Source: Acanthaster planci (Eukaryota). Taken from it: a stretch of 64,000 bases of DNA. The stretch is from assembly GCF_001949145.1 (NCBI RefSeq), contig NW_019091356.1, positions 1 through 64,000 on the forward strand, in the 5' to 3' direction. This document shows positions 14,601 through 28,000 of the stretch, piece by piece (within the stretch, counting starts at the first letter, position 1; each line of letters starts with the position of its first letter). The position numbers and the translations under genes are program-made. The notes under the pieces are model-generated. The model had not been told where the DNA came from, did not search any database, and was given only the letters and a program-made list of their open reading frames with translations.

Positions 14601-17600
14601 CCGAATTACGTAACTGTGGCCTAACGTTACGCACAAGTCTACGGTAGTAGCAGCGGCAAGTTCCCATAGAGTTGTGTGTAATTTCAAGCCACGGCCAAGT
14701 GGTTCGGACACGGCCTTATTTGCTTAATTATAGGGGCATGATGCTAGAATTTTCTTCATGGGCTTCTATCCGGAGGCGGCAAAGTATGTCTTCTGCCAGG
14801 TAACCGATGTAACTCAAAAATAACGTACTATGAATCAAGCAATGGTGGTTTATGTTGTGATGTGGCTCCTCGTTTTTTGCCCGAGATGATGCTGTCATAT
14901 GGCATATGCTGTCATATAAACGCCCAACCCTTGTAAAATTCAGCTTCATTAACAAACGTAACAAGGTGCTACAAGGTGTTTGGCAGTGGAGGGTGGGAGG
15001 GAATTTTTTGAGCAACCTAGCTGGGCGAAGACAACGAGAAAAAGAGGCAGAAAGCCGTGCAACAAGCACTGTGAGTAGCTGACCGCTGAATGGCTGGCCA
15101 ATCAGATAGGCCGTAGCTTTGAAACATCTCTCCCCCGGCCAAATAAGTTCTAATTAAGTGTCCAAAAAACCTTCTAAAAGAGAATTGTCTGTAAACATGT
15201 TATAGGCATTTGTACGACAAAACCCATCTAGGTTCATCCAGTACACCGTCCATGGCATTTAAATCATCGTCAGGTGACACGTTCGCTGATGTACTTTGTG
15301 CATTATTCAGAGCCTGCGGTATTAGTAACGTTTACGATATGTAGGGCTCAACACTTCTCCATGGAAATTGATCTGTTTATCACGTTACGTTAAGAATTAT
15401 TTTTAGTTTTTCATGTTTTTATCGATTGCGAAGTTTTGAGTCAAAAGAGTTGATTATAAAAAGCCACCCCACACCACTTTCTTTAATATTGCCGAAGCGC
15501 ATTTTTTCACGCACCAACCCTTAAGGATTTTTGTAAAAATCTTGTAAAAATCGGACTTGCCGTTCACGAACAACGCGACGCGCATTTTCCAAAAAAGTCA
15601 GCCAAACAACACGTACTTTTCCTACTTATGCGAGCCAGGAAGGCAGGCCAAGACGAGTGGGCTCATGAACTCCAAATGACCAAAAATCAACTCCTATGTC
15701 AGATTGAATTGAAATTTCACATTATTTTTCCTGCTTTTTTACTACTTATTATTTTTATAGCTTTAAATAAGATGGAATTTGTATACATATAGATCTATAA
15801 CAACGGCTTAGAAGGACCCAGGTACGTGTGGATCATTCCTGGCTGGTACGCAGCAGGATGGTGGACAACAGCCTCAGTAAACACTCACGGATGTTCTGCC
15901 GAACAACTAGAGAAGTTGATTCTCTACCACATCCTTGTTAGCGGAGTCCAGATAATCGACAATATAGATCGAATAGATTATTACGGATTGGTGGGTATTC
16001 TATTCTTACATAACTTCTTACAGAAGGGATGTTCTTGAGCACCAGCAAATGGTATTATTTTAAAAGGTTGTTAAATGTTGTATTCGGTCAGCTAAACTAC
16101 ACATTGTCTAAAAAAAGATGCAAAAATGGGGTGAGGACGTGTTGCATAACACCAGCATAATCTGACCGAGAAAATTTGAGCTAAAACAGCGCAAGAAAAA
16201 AGACTTAGATTCTTACTGACTTCTCAGAACTTTCTCTCTACAGTAATAAATTTATTTTCTCTCATTTACCAAGACTCCACCGGTGTCCCCCTTTACAAGC
16301 AAAGTTATCTTCTTTTTTTTGGTAAATGAAATTAAAGAAAATTAAAATTTAACACCCCCACTCGTTATATCTTAGAAGAGGCCCAAATGTTTTATTCGAT
16401 TCAGTTTGTACATGTAATCATACACAATTTACCTAGTGTGTGTTTTCTGTACGAAAGTAAAAGGTGATTACTTTAGCAAGCCTAGTATCACAGCAAATGT
16501 GTTTTGAACATTGTGCTTTTCCTCATATTCCATCAGTAAAATTATTCCGTGGTTTTTGGGTTGGTGATCTGGAATGAAGTTTTTCGAAAAAAGGAACCTT
16601 GAAAGTAATCCTTGTTTACTATGCAGAAACCCCAGATTGATCCTCAGCAACGAAAATTCCTCGAGTGGCTACGTTCCCAGAGCCTCATTGACAATAACTG
16701 GGCAACACTAGCCTATGCATACGACGCCCTTTTCGTTATTGCTTTAACACTTAACTCATCTATTGCGGACTTGGAAGATCTGGTCCCACCAAGGCGACTT
16801 GAGGAGTTTGGTCTCAGCGATAGAGAGGTTTCAAATATTCTTCTACGGAACGCCAAGGCGATCGATGTTTACGGGGTAACGGTAAGTTAATTGGTATTTT
16901 TAGGGCAGGAAATCTAACCACAGAGTAAGGATCCATAATTTAAGATCAATAGGGTAGTTATTTCAAATTAACAAGCTTTCTTAGTCCCTTGTGAACACTT
17001 TAGAAATACCAGGTTGAATCGTAATGTACCGTCGCTGCAAACTCCGGCAAATTTCTCTTTTAAAGGGCATTCATTACGTTTATTCTCGCGGTACTTTGCA
17101 TTTATCGCATACTGAATTAAAACTCAACCATTCTTCTTTATTTTGTACATATTAAAAAATCGCTCTTCTTTACCACTGTCTTCCTGGAACAGGATCACCT
17201 GGTAATTGGGGAAGATAAAGCAAGGGACTTTACCGAGTACGTCTTTATGGAACAGAACCAAGGTGAAAAGTTCTTTCCTGCCTTTTTGGGTATTGAAATC
17301 TAATTATATATTGCTCTGCAGAACACTAACATCGGGTTTCAGTTTGTTCGTGAGATATGTGCCTATCGTTTTTCAAATTCTTTAAAGGAGTGTGCAAGTT
17401 TGACATGGAACTCATGGATCGCCGTATGTACTAACTTTAAGTTTAGTAGTACAAATGTATGTATATGCATGCACGTACTTACGACTTAAAAAACAATATG
17501 TATAAATATCCCATGCAGGTAATACATCGTACGTTAAGGTCGCAAAGTACGAGATTGAAAAGAAATCAGTGTCTCTTCTGCAGGGACAAACGTTCATGTG

Positions 17601-20600
17601 GTCAGGTAGGTAACAGTAGACTAACACAGAGGTGATATTGATAATAAATTAAAGACTTTGGCACTCGGACAAAATGTGTGTTTTTTTTCATTGAGTTAAA
17701 CAAGGCATACTTTTTAATAAGACTTGTGAAATAGGGAGCTACGGAATGAAAAAAGGACAGCAATCACCATCAAACTTACAGCTTAACAAAATTATGGAAT
17801 AGTGCAAGAGCCTTGTATTAGTAATTATTTGGGAGTTCGAGACAGTACAGTAATACATCCAGATTCGGAGCACTTTAATATCAAACAGTAAAGGCTGATG
17901 TGCTGACTGAAATGAAATATTTAATTAAAAGAGCAAAGCGGCGTGAAATTAAGGCGTAACAAATCAATTGATTGATCACTTTAACGAGATCTGTAATAAA
18001 TACGACACTTTTCAATTACTGTATGATGTCGAAGAGCTAGCTCATTTGAAAGGGGTGAAAAATTGTAAACTAATCGATCCCATTTAAATGTATGACAGGT
18101 AATGAGATTCCTGTAGACGGCATAACCAAGATCAAAGAAAGAGTCACTGTACCCTTTATCAGCAAAATAATCTGCTATATCCTTTGCGCTATTGGCACTG
18201 TACTTGCACTGTTCTTTTGGGCAATCAACGTTCGATACAGGAAGAAAAGGTAGGTGTTCATTTTGGACAATTTCAGTTGATTTGCATTCCAAGACAGCAC
18301 AGCTGGTTAATGCGCATCAGAATATTGATTTGAAATGACAACTAACAATATGAAGCAAGACAACATACACTGAAATGGATTTTGACGGATTGCATGGTAA
18401 GGAAATCATAGTGTAAAAAATCAAAGTAGACGCAGATGGAGCAGCTGCATGTAATGGCGCTTTGACTTTTGCAGAAATCACATTTAATTTTTAAATGTAA
18501 CACGTTCTCACCCATGCAGGGCTATCAAGCTATCTAGTCCCATGCTAAATAACATGATAATCTGCGGATGTTTGCTTCTCTACACCTCTGTCTTTGTCTT
18601 CGGTCTGGATAAGTCAACACTGAAGGATGGCACTTTCATCACGATTTGTTTTGTACGTAACGAAGAGAATTTCTCTCCAAATCACTAATTTCTATCAATC
18701 AATAATTTTAGAATCACAACTACAATCCTTCCAAGCATAACTCATTTCGAAATGCGTGCTCTCATTAAAGGGTAACAGTGACGTATGAGCAAAACAGTGA
18801 CGTAATCTCAGGAAGTAACTTTAACGTTACATTGGTTAGTACGCCAAAAAGTTTCCTCTTCTTTGCTGATGCATTGTCGTTTATGTGCTTTGCAATAATC
18901 AGGCATCAACCCTTCCTAAAAAAATGTTTTCAGTAGGTAAATTCTGGTTTCACATTTTGAACAGAAAAGCGTATGCACTGAACGACGTCTTCCCCAGATG
19001 ACTTCATAGCAACAGCGCCCTCGGTTGTCCAGAAATGCAGGGACAGTTTTAATTGTTTTTTAAAAAATGCACTTTTGAAAAGAGTTCTCGTACACTGAAG
19101 AAGAATAAAAATTTCAAGAAAATTAATTGCAGCTAGTAAGTCTTACAAGATGATGGAGGGTTTACGTCTAGCTTGTGTCTAGTTCACGAAGTTGTTATGT
19201 TAACTAAAATAGTTCTAAACATTTTGTACGAACTTTTGCTGGGAATGTCAGGCAAATTATATGTTTTCCTTGCAGATTGAATCAACGCTTGTTTGTATAG
19301 GCATTTCTCTGTCGTTTGGGGCGCTCTTCCTCAAGACATACCGAATACATTTGGTATGGACCAACTCCATGCGTCACGCTAAGCGTATTGTAAGCAAACC
19401 TTTAATTTTAACAATTTGTATTTTCTGTAGTGGGTTTTGGCAAATTGATAAAGAAGGATTATTGTATGTTTCAGCCTATTAAAAAACTTCAAATATGTTA
19501 CTTCAAAAGATGTCCATACATTCCCCCAAGACATTTGCTGTAATAATTTCTATTTTATACCTATTTTTGATAGTATGTGTATTAACCATGGGGATTATGG
19601 GGTTCTTTCACTTATAATGCCACTCTCTCTAGTCTATACTTTTCGATAAGCTTTGCGTGCATGAAACTTTCCTGACAGGAGATATCCGATACTAAGTTAA
19701 TGGCTGGTGTAGCAGCCATGGTAACTGTTGACGTCATCGTGATTGCTCTGTGGATCATAATGGACACAACACAGGTGAACAATGTGCTTCTCGAACCAAA
19801 GGTACGACAGAACCGTCAATCATATCACGGAGTAGTATCTAATTGTCCCTTAAATTGAAAAATCTATAACCTGAAAGTACTTTCAAAAATCAAAAGACAG
19901 AAACTGTAATTTAAGTTATTTCTTAGTTTTGGATCATGAAAGGAATTCTTTGGATTGTCTTCATCACCACATATACAATTTTCCTCATGAGACCTAACCC
20001 TCAGAGTTATTGCATTCAACGAAAGATCCCTTTTTTAACCACAGCTGGACGAGTCAAACACATTTCCTGAGGTATACATAATACCTACATACCGGGAATG
20101 TAATTCGGACCACCAGGTTGTATTCACTGCTTTGATATTCGTGATCAAGGGCCTGCTCATGTTGGGAGGAAGTTTTCTGGCTTGGGAAATGAGACGCATC
20201 TCCATAGCAGAGCTTAACGACAGTATGTTTCTATTAATGTTTAGAGTAATAAGTTCTACTTTTGTACCATTTTGTTCCACGCAAACCTCTGAAAACGAAG
20301 CCATAAAAGTTCAATACGAGTGACGCCACAAAAGGGTTGTACTTGTAACGTAGTATGTTTTCCGTTAATCTCTATCCTGACCCGCAAGAAATTTACCCAT
20401 CATAATGGTTTCATATATATATTAGCTGACAAGTCACTCGTCATCCCACATCATTAAAAAAAATTATAAGTTCTCTGAACTTCTAACACAGAAAAGTTCC
20501 CAAATGCTGTTAAACATTTAGATGGATATGTATTTGCGAAGCCCTCCATGTTCTGTATAACCGCAGATAAATTTGAGTCACAGCGCATAACATGGCAAGC

Positions 20601-21389
20601 CCTACCATTATATTCTGAATGTTTTGTCATCAATTGTGTACAGTTTAGACAGGAAGCATCATCACAATTTTCTGTTTATTTTAAACTGAATCACGTTTTT
20701 TCATTATTCAGGCCGTTTTATTATCATGTCAATCTACGTTGTTGTGTTGACCCTCGCCATCACCATTCCAACACTCACCGTCTTGCCAGAGAATCGGGGC
20801 TTGTACTTCAACGTGAAATCTATGGCGATCATAGTGGCTAACACGTTGGTTTTGTGCTTGGTCTTTGTGCCAAAAGTGAGTAATATTAGACATACAGCAA
20901 GTGCGTAGGCACATATGTAGTTTAAAGCAATGAAATTGTGATTCCCAAACAAAAATATAGTGGAACAGTTTTCCCCTGACGTCGTTGATGAAGTGAATAC
21001 ACAGTGAATATCACCTCAAAGGAATAAGTCGACCTGTTACACTAAGTTCGCTAATGATGATAGTGGAAAGGTAGTGGCTCAGTTGTCAGATGTTTTATCC
21101 TGTCCTCAGAGGATATGCTCAAGCTCCTTTTTTCGCGTCAACTGAATATATATGGACTTTGTACACCTTGAGAGAAAAGCAAAATGTAGACTTTGTGCGT
21201 AGAGGGTTTAAGCTCTTAAAGACAAAACACGATTTTTTACATGGCTTTCTTTCTAAGGTGACACTATTTTTTAAGACAAATGACGGTGATTTGAAGCTGC
21301 ATTTCGGTCGAGATCAGAGTGGCATTTCGAGATCAACCATTTCTACTCTACCAGGACAAACAACAGCACTGGTCGACAAACTGGTAAAG
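5607..21389 (+). CDS. GABA-B receptor-like class C GPCR (signal peptide, Venus flytrap domain, 7TM); 16 coding exons resolved (784 aa), final exon(s) unresolved
   Basis: Frame-consistent GT-AG exons: 5607-5876, 7172-7309, 13166-13330, 13600-13707, 14734-14799, 15793-15990, 16627-16881, 17193-17262, 17519-17605, 18099-18249, 18520-18652, 19276-19389, 19679-19801, 20045-20222, 20712-20875, 21258-21389. Motifs: IYIGGFFP, LLDGYELRL, NPARVAL, DARIFF..FY, YVWIIPGWY, AYDA, IKLSSPMLNN, FGALFLKTYRIH, KGLLMLGGSFLAWE, LNDSR, LCLVFVPK. There is no cysteine-rich domain, as in GABA-B receptors. Confidence 0.93.
6993..7110. repeat. Hairpin-containing end of an interspersed repeat (possibly a Crypton-like non-autonomous element)
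   Basis: 18-bp stem GGTGACAGATGAAATGGT (6993-7010) / ACCGTTTCATCTGTCACC (7042-7059) around a loop containing CGAGGCGAAGCCGAG. Ends in CATTCATTATTTGTATA. Confidence 0.5.
14593..14715. mobile_element. PIF/Harbinger-type MITE, 123 bp
   Basis: TIRs GGCTGTGTCCGAA / TTCGGACACGGCC (12/13). 3-bp TSD TTA at 14590-92 and 14716-18. Confidence 0.85.
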
Positions 21390-24253
21390 GTAAGATTTTC
21401 TTGTTAAGGAATACTTATTTAATAGGCAAGATAAAAAACAATACTATTTTTACATGGTGGTAAAAAGATGAAGTTTAAGGAAATCTTAAGAGTTCTAAGA
21501 AGTCATAAGAGTGTTTGGATATTGTTAGAATGTTGTATGAATTTTGGTATGGGTCTTTTTTGCGGATTTCCTTCCTATTATGCTGTTTGTGGTTATGGGG
21601 GATACACTATAAACTAAACGCTATGTAGAGTTCACGAAACAGTGTGTGCAGATGCTATGGTCCCAGAACCCAGTCTCACGGTAATCTATAATGCTCCGCG
21701 AGGACAACAAGAAGAGTTGCGGGTCGCACAGTAAAGTTTATCCGAATAACGATAGCTCAATGATGAATGCTTCCATTGATATTCTAGGCATGAGAAACAT
21801 CTTTGTAGAAACATAACTGATCTATGCAACTCCGCTAGTTTGCGAAGTTAAGGGGCGTCGTTGTTCATAGGGTACGGTCAGATAAGCAAACAGGGTAAGA
21901 TTGCCAGAGGACTTGCAAGCTAACCAGTTTGATGTGAATGTGGTCTACTTGACAGAAGCAAAGCCAGTTGTCTCAACTGACTGTTCATCTTGTGAAGCTG
22001 CTAGCGAATGAAAAGGTCCAAGTAACAAAAGACAACAAAGGAAAGTAGCCACTCTGGAGGAAAGAAAAGTCATCTATCCCTAGCAGTAGCAGATGTCACA
22101 TTTATCACTAATCCAAAATAAAACTTACGTTCAAGTGTCCTTTCATTTTGGACGTGGTATCGTATTTGAATTTCCCATTGAGATAATGCACACAAATCTA
22201 TCCACGAAAGTCAATTATCTCGTTTAACGCACAAAAACAGTATTTTAGAAGACCAAAACCAGGGTCTGAAAATGAAGTGTTTTGTGCATGTGGAAAGGTG
22301 TGAGTTTGTGCTGATAACGTATTACAAATCACGCTTATTATCCATAATTTATTTGAAGGCGAGAAACAATAGACCACTGATTATGCACTTTGAACGAACA
22401 TCACATTGCACCATGGCAGTAGTACAACAAGAAAAACAGGTACTAAGTCCGTCCTTCATCAATAATATCTTTACATCTAAAAGAGCAGTCATTATTTTAG
22501 AAACAAACATTATCATCTTCGTGTTGTTTGAGAAGCACATTAAGAGAAATCCTTATCCGCACAAAAGATGTTTGACAATTAAGTATGTCGTTCTTAATGC
22601 ATTAGTGTCAAGCCGTGTTTCCTGATTGCAAAAAGTGAATGCTTACATTAAAAAAACTAACAGAGTGCACTCGTAAAAGGCAAGTTTATGATTAGTTAAT
22701 ACCCCTGAAAAGAATAAAACATGCAGGGATCTTATTTTTATTGTGTGGTTAAGGATAAAAGAACAAAGGTAAATGATTTCACCAATGGCGACAACAATTG
22801 GCACCCCCTCCCTTGTATTAAAAAAAAATTCTTAGCAAAAAATCCTGAATCCGCCCCTGAGTTAACGGCGTAGTATGCTGTCCCGGCTATTTTGCACGTT
22901 TGAAATTGTATGTGAATCTTGAAAAGGAAACTACAAAATTATAACTACTCATCCCTGCACACCAAATCAAGTATTAAATTGCTAAGGAAATATCTCAAAC
23001 CGTACTGGATAAGTCATACATGCATAGTTGAAGGCTTACAGGTACAACAGCGTATATGTATCGGTGGTGAGAATATTTGCTACGTTTCGAATGGCGTCCT
23101 ATGTTCGTCTTTAGGAGTGCTGAACTGCATAGACCTGTCTTTTCCAATATATCTGTAACCAGGCTACATGTAATGTCAGCAGCAGTCCAGCACTCATGAA
23201 CACTCATGAACGAACAGAGAACACTGTCGAGAAAGTCGAGAATGCTCGCTCAATAGTTCTTTTCAGAACCACAATGATTAACAAAAGAGGTACAAAGACA
23301 TGTACATGGTTGTACCCACAAGCTATCGTCTATCTTAGTTCATTGACAACACTTATGTACAGTAGAATTGTGGACAAAAGTAACTCTGGTTGCAACCTGT
23401 CCTCAGTTAGAATATTCGTGCTAATCAAAAAGAAAAGATGCCAAAAATTCCACGCTCAAAAACACATAAGGAGACCGTTCAAAACTAGTCAATTTTAAAA
23501 AAGAAATAGTGGTCAGCAAAATGAAAACCTGTGTGTAGAATTCTATCACAGTGAATTTAACGGTACAATTTTTGTAAGAACAGATTTACATAAACAAGGT
23601 AACAGGATCATTCTTTGTATTTCTAGCTGTGATTTAATCATGCTGCTGGTTTTGAGCCGCATAGAGCAACAAATGTGCAGTAAAGCTAAACTCACTATAA
23701 ATAGCCTTGTTTCTCACTTTATTCTACAAACCAATATTTGAACTATTAATCAAACGGTTTTTATTAACGGTAAGAACAAGTCAGTTTCATTAACTATCAA
23801 GCAGCAAACAAGATATGATTGTGTGTAAAACCAGTCATTGTGTCTCACTTCGAAATTATTCCATTAAAAAGGCACTATGTAACTTGTTAGCGTCTTTGTT
23901 TTACTCCTTTAGATATCCACAAAGAATTCTCTTTAAAAACACTTTTTGTGTTTTGCCAGACAACGATTCAATGTTTACTCTAATCACTGTGTTTGATATT
24001 CTCGATTCGCCAAAGTGGGTAGAAGTTTACTTTTCAAAGAGAGGTGGAATGAATGGGGACAGATCGGTTTAGGTAAGTCGAACCAAGCGTGTCTTGGTTG
24101 GGTAAACGGAGCCAAGCGTGTTGTGGTTGCGGGGCGACGCGTCGGCTTTCCCTTACCGGGTTGGTCGATTGAAGTCTGTTGACCCCCGCAAATACAGCCC
24201 AGCTATCAGGCAAAATAACAAGGAAGAAACATCTGTGTAACAGTTCTTGATTG

Positions 24254-24266
24254 GTTGCCAGACAAT
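24254..24266. promoter_or_regulatory. Candidate RFX X-box upstream of the putative non-coding first exon of the two-repeat SPMAP1-like gene
   Basis: GTTGCC-A-GACAAT, with a perfect GTTGCC half-site. A second palindrome TTCGCTTGCCTAGCGAA lies at 24346-24362. A splice donor AAG|GTATGT lies at 24435/24436. Confidence 0.45.
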
Positions 24267-25071
24267 CAACAGCATCTGCGATTATACTGAGCGGTGGGGA
24301 ACATGTCTATAGTTAACACGGAACAAAAGCATCGTTGAAAAAGCATTCGCTTGCCTAGCGAATGCTACTAGCACTAGCAGAATTATTATTAATCGGTGAA
24401 AGCTATCTCTTCACTTTGGGACAGCAAAATTAAAGGTATGTACGTGTGTAACCCGTCAGATACCATATTATCCTTCCACAATAGTTTTGGAATGGTTGGA
24501 ACATTCTCCGGACAAATTAACAGCTAGACAAATTATTATAAAAGTGGTGCATCATTCTAAAGCCAGCTGCAGGTTTTCATAATAATGATAATATTAGATT
24601 TGTGGTAGCTTTTTAAGAGATTACCTTGATTTTTCTGTTTGAATGGCCTATTATTATGCTATCCTTCCAGTCACCAATTTCATACCAGCAGTTAAATGTA
24701 ACAGCAGTCATCCTTAAGTCATCCGAAACATGTTCTCATTTATATCCCCTACAACAGCGATGTCCGCTTTTGTTTAGTATTACGTCCACTTCAATATGTG
24801 GCTGTTACTCTTCTTCTGCAGAAGACAGAATTAACGGATAAAAATGCTTCAAAATATTTCCAATGAGGCACTTGTTCTCTTTACGTTCAAACGTCAACAG
24901 AACAGAAAAAAATGTTTACTATTCATTTTAAAATTAGTTTGAACAGTTGTGGGCACAAATTTCACCAACAAAGCGAGTAAGTCATTCCATTCTTCGTTAA
25001 GGACACTTTCTTTGTAGCAGTTTTCCATTTCATTGTAGCATAGAAACGTCGACGTGGACGAGACCTACAAG

Positions 25072-28000
25072 ATGGCAAAGCCTGTTCATTCACACGTCAT
25101 TCTGAGTAGTCCACTAGGACACATTGAGACAGCCCCTGCCCTGTTTCCATCAACAACGTCAGCCCAACGTCTTATTGAACAGGAGAAGAATTTTAAACTA
25201 GACTGTATTCTAGTCGAAAAACAACGCTACAAGTGGTCCCCCGATATCATTCCCAAATATGACGCTATGACGGATCCGTACGCACGTCATTACTTCAAAT
25301 CACCGATGGTACAGTCGCTCTTACGCAAGACACTGGATGACAAGGTATGACAAGCTCATGCGGGGTGCAGAACTACATTATATTCATTTCCATGCTGGTC
25401 TGAATCATAAAAGTGCATGAGTCAAATAATTAAAGGTTTTCCCGATCAGTTCAGCAAAGATCCACTCATTTTGGCCAACACACGTTTACATTCTCACAGG
25501 CGCTACGGCTTATTTTGTTATGGGGTTTCTTTTCCCCTATCCTAACATTCAAATTCGTTTTCATGCACATATTTTATTTAGCTTTGCCGTTCAATTTTGT
25601 TTCCGTCATTCCACTCGTTAATGGGCATTCAAGACAACAGTATCACCATTCTTCAGAGTAATATCTGCTGCCTTTTTCCAATAATAGGTGCAGTCAAATT
25701 AAAACTCTTCGATGATCATAGGATCTTTCACCTGCGCAAGATTTCCTTTTTCACTTGAACTAAATCTATTTCACGTTCTGAGTGTTCAATTTAGGAGTAT
25801 TGGAGAAGTTAAAGCAATCACGGTCTTTCATTGTTAGTGGCTCTGTATGGTATTTTTGCTTCATTGTTTTCACGATTGTAAATGATTTCCTTGCGTCTTG
25901 TTTTGTTTGTATCTACGCCTATTTCTTGAGTCAAATCAGGAAATTTTTGTTTTACTGTTTGATGTGTGTATTGATGCTGTTCATTTGTGTTTCGTATCTG
26001 ATTATTCGGATCATTTCAAATGAAAAATAAATATATGAAAAAGTTAAGAAACGTTCAGGGAAACAAATGCCGGGTAAACATTAAAACACAAAAAGAACAA
26101 ATATTGCCCTGCAAAACGTTAATCAGCTTTCCCCAAATTACGATGCTCACTTTTCTATAACAACCCAGCCTCCATAATTTTTGTACGATGTCACCTTGAC
26201 AAAAAGCTCTCTCAACATCCATCGTTAAACCTTTTTCTTGGAACATCAGATGCAATACAGAATCCAGCAAAAACTTTCTAATCACTCAGAAAGAATTTGA
26301 ATTCCCACAAGTGGAACGAAATGGCGCATTGACTAAATCAAATACCTGCTTCAAATCCATTAACGAACATGAATAAACAACACGACTTTTGGAATATGAA
26401 TAAAATCGGAGAGCATTTTTCAAGAAAAAAAACTTAACAACGAAATCGAATGCCTGCTTTTGATTTTTGAGTGCTCTTTTGAAGATCATTCTTATTAACG
26501 ATTTAGAATTGGCTTGATATTAAATTGAACAACTTTCGCTACAATTAGATAGGAATATTTATACTAACTTTTTTTATTTAAAATAATAAAACTATTACCC
26601 GTAATATTGATTAGTTTTTGAGCGATTCATTTGGTGCAAAATTAGAATTTAGTGAAGAATCATGTCGTTATATCAACTAAAAAACTTCAGCTTGCGATGA
26701 GGAAATAAAGCAGCAAATGTATTTAAATTTACGGTCATTACAGTTTAAATTACTGGCAAGCAGCGTTTAGAATGTCGAATCACTACTTTTTGGACATATT
26801 CGTAATTTTCATACAAGCGATGCACTTCTGATTACCAACGATATTTTATTGATACGTTTTCCTACTCAAATTCATGAGAAATGCAATCAAATACAATTTC
26901 AAGGCGTACCCCAGTTTCATCGATTTTACTCATGCGGCTAATTATTTGGTTTGTATTCATTTTCACATTTAATTCTAATAATCGATATGAAAACTTGTTT
27001 AACTTGTAAACCGATTGATGCAAAGAAACAACTGATTTTACAATAGACCCACGTAGTCACATGGTTATCGTAAAAAGGAGCAATGTTTGCAAGTTCGCAA
27101 AGTCGCGCCAAAACACTTCACTGGTGTTTTAATATTATATTATGATTAATTTAGGACCTTGCCCGCAACGTTTCTCAGGAAACAGAATGAACATGTACTT
27201 AAGCCTTTTTTGATTGACTTCTAACGATGTAACGTTTGTTATTGAAGGGTTTGCCCAAGGAGAAGGAGCATAAAGGACATTTGGTCAAAATGTTTGCAGA
27301 TGCATTAGCGACACAAAGAGACCGACAAACAGAGTGTGTTTGTAACTCTTGAAGATTACACCCTCCTTGAGAAAAAGCCAAAGGAATGTGACTTCGATAG
27401 CACAGATCCAGTCTGCAATTGTATATGGCCACATGAAAAAAAGACTGCAGATCGTCCTTTCCCAGAAAATTGGGTATATGTAGTGAGGGAGGTTTCCCCT
27501 CATGATACCACTAACCTGAGAGGAAAAAATAAAACTTGACACATTTTTTCCTCACCTAAAAAACCCTTACCATTTCTTATACTCTCTTTTTTTCTTGGCT
27601 CCAAAGTGTCTGATACTTTTTACTTCTTCAAAGATGGCGAACGTTCACTCGATGCGATCTGAGGCATTGTTAATTTAATGTCCGGTGTGAGTGCGGAGGC
27701 ATGTACATGAATTTAATGGCGGAACATGCCCTGCACAGCAGTGAGCAAATTTTCAGCTTGCCTACAGCTTAGAAAACTTTTAATCCACTGACTCTCAAAT
27801 GTGTAGCTCCATTGAAAAAAAAATTAATTTTTGCGCAAGAAGTGTCAAACTGTGTGCTTTTGACCCAAAGATAAAATCATTTTCATATAGTTTGAACAAA
27901 TACAGGATCAGCGGCAGATCTGAAGCAAAGTCAACATTTTTGAAATGTTTTTAGAGCCTCTAGGCAAGTTGTCACAACAACAAGCACACCCCGCCATAGT

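Noticed and set aside
22783..22859. hAT-type MITE end (..AATCCTGAATCCGCCCCTG), with similar ends near 11750, 34293 and 35604
   Set aside because: Only single degenerate termini. Matching TIR and TSD could not be established, so not listed as features.
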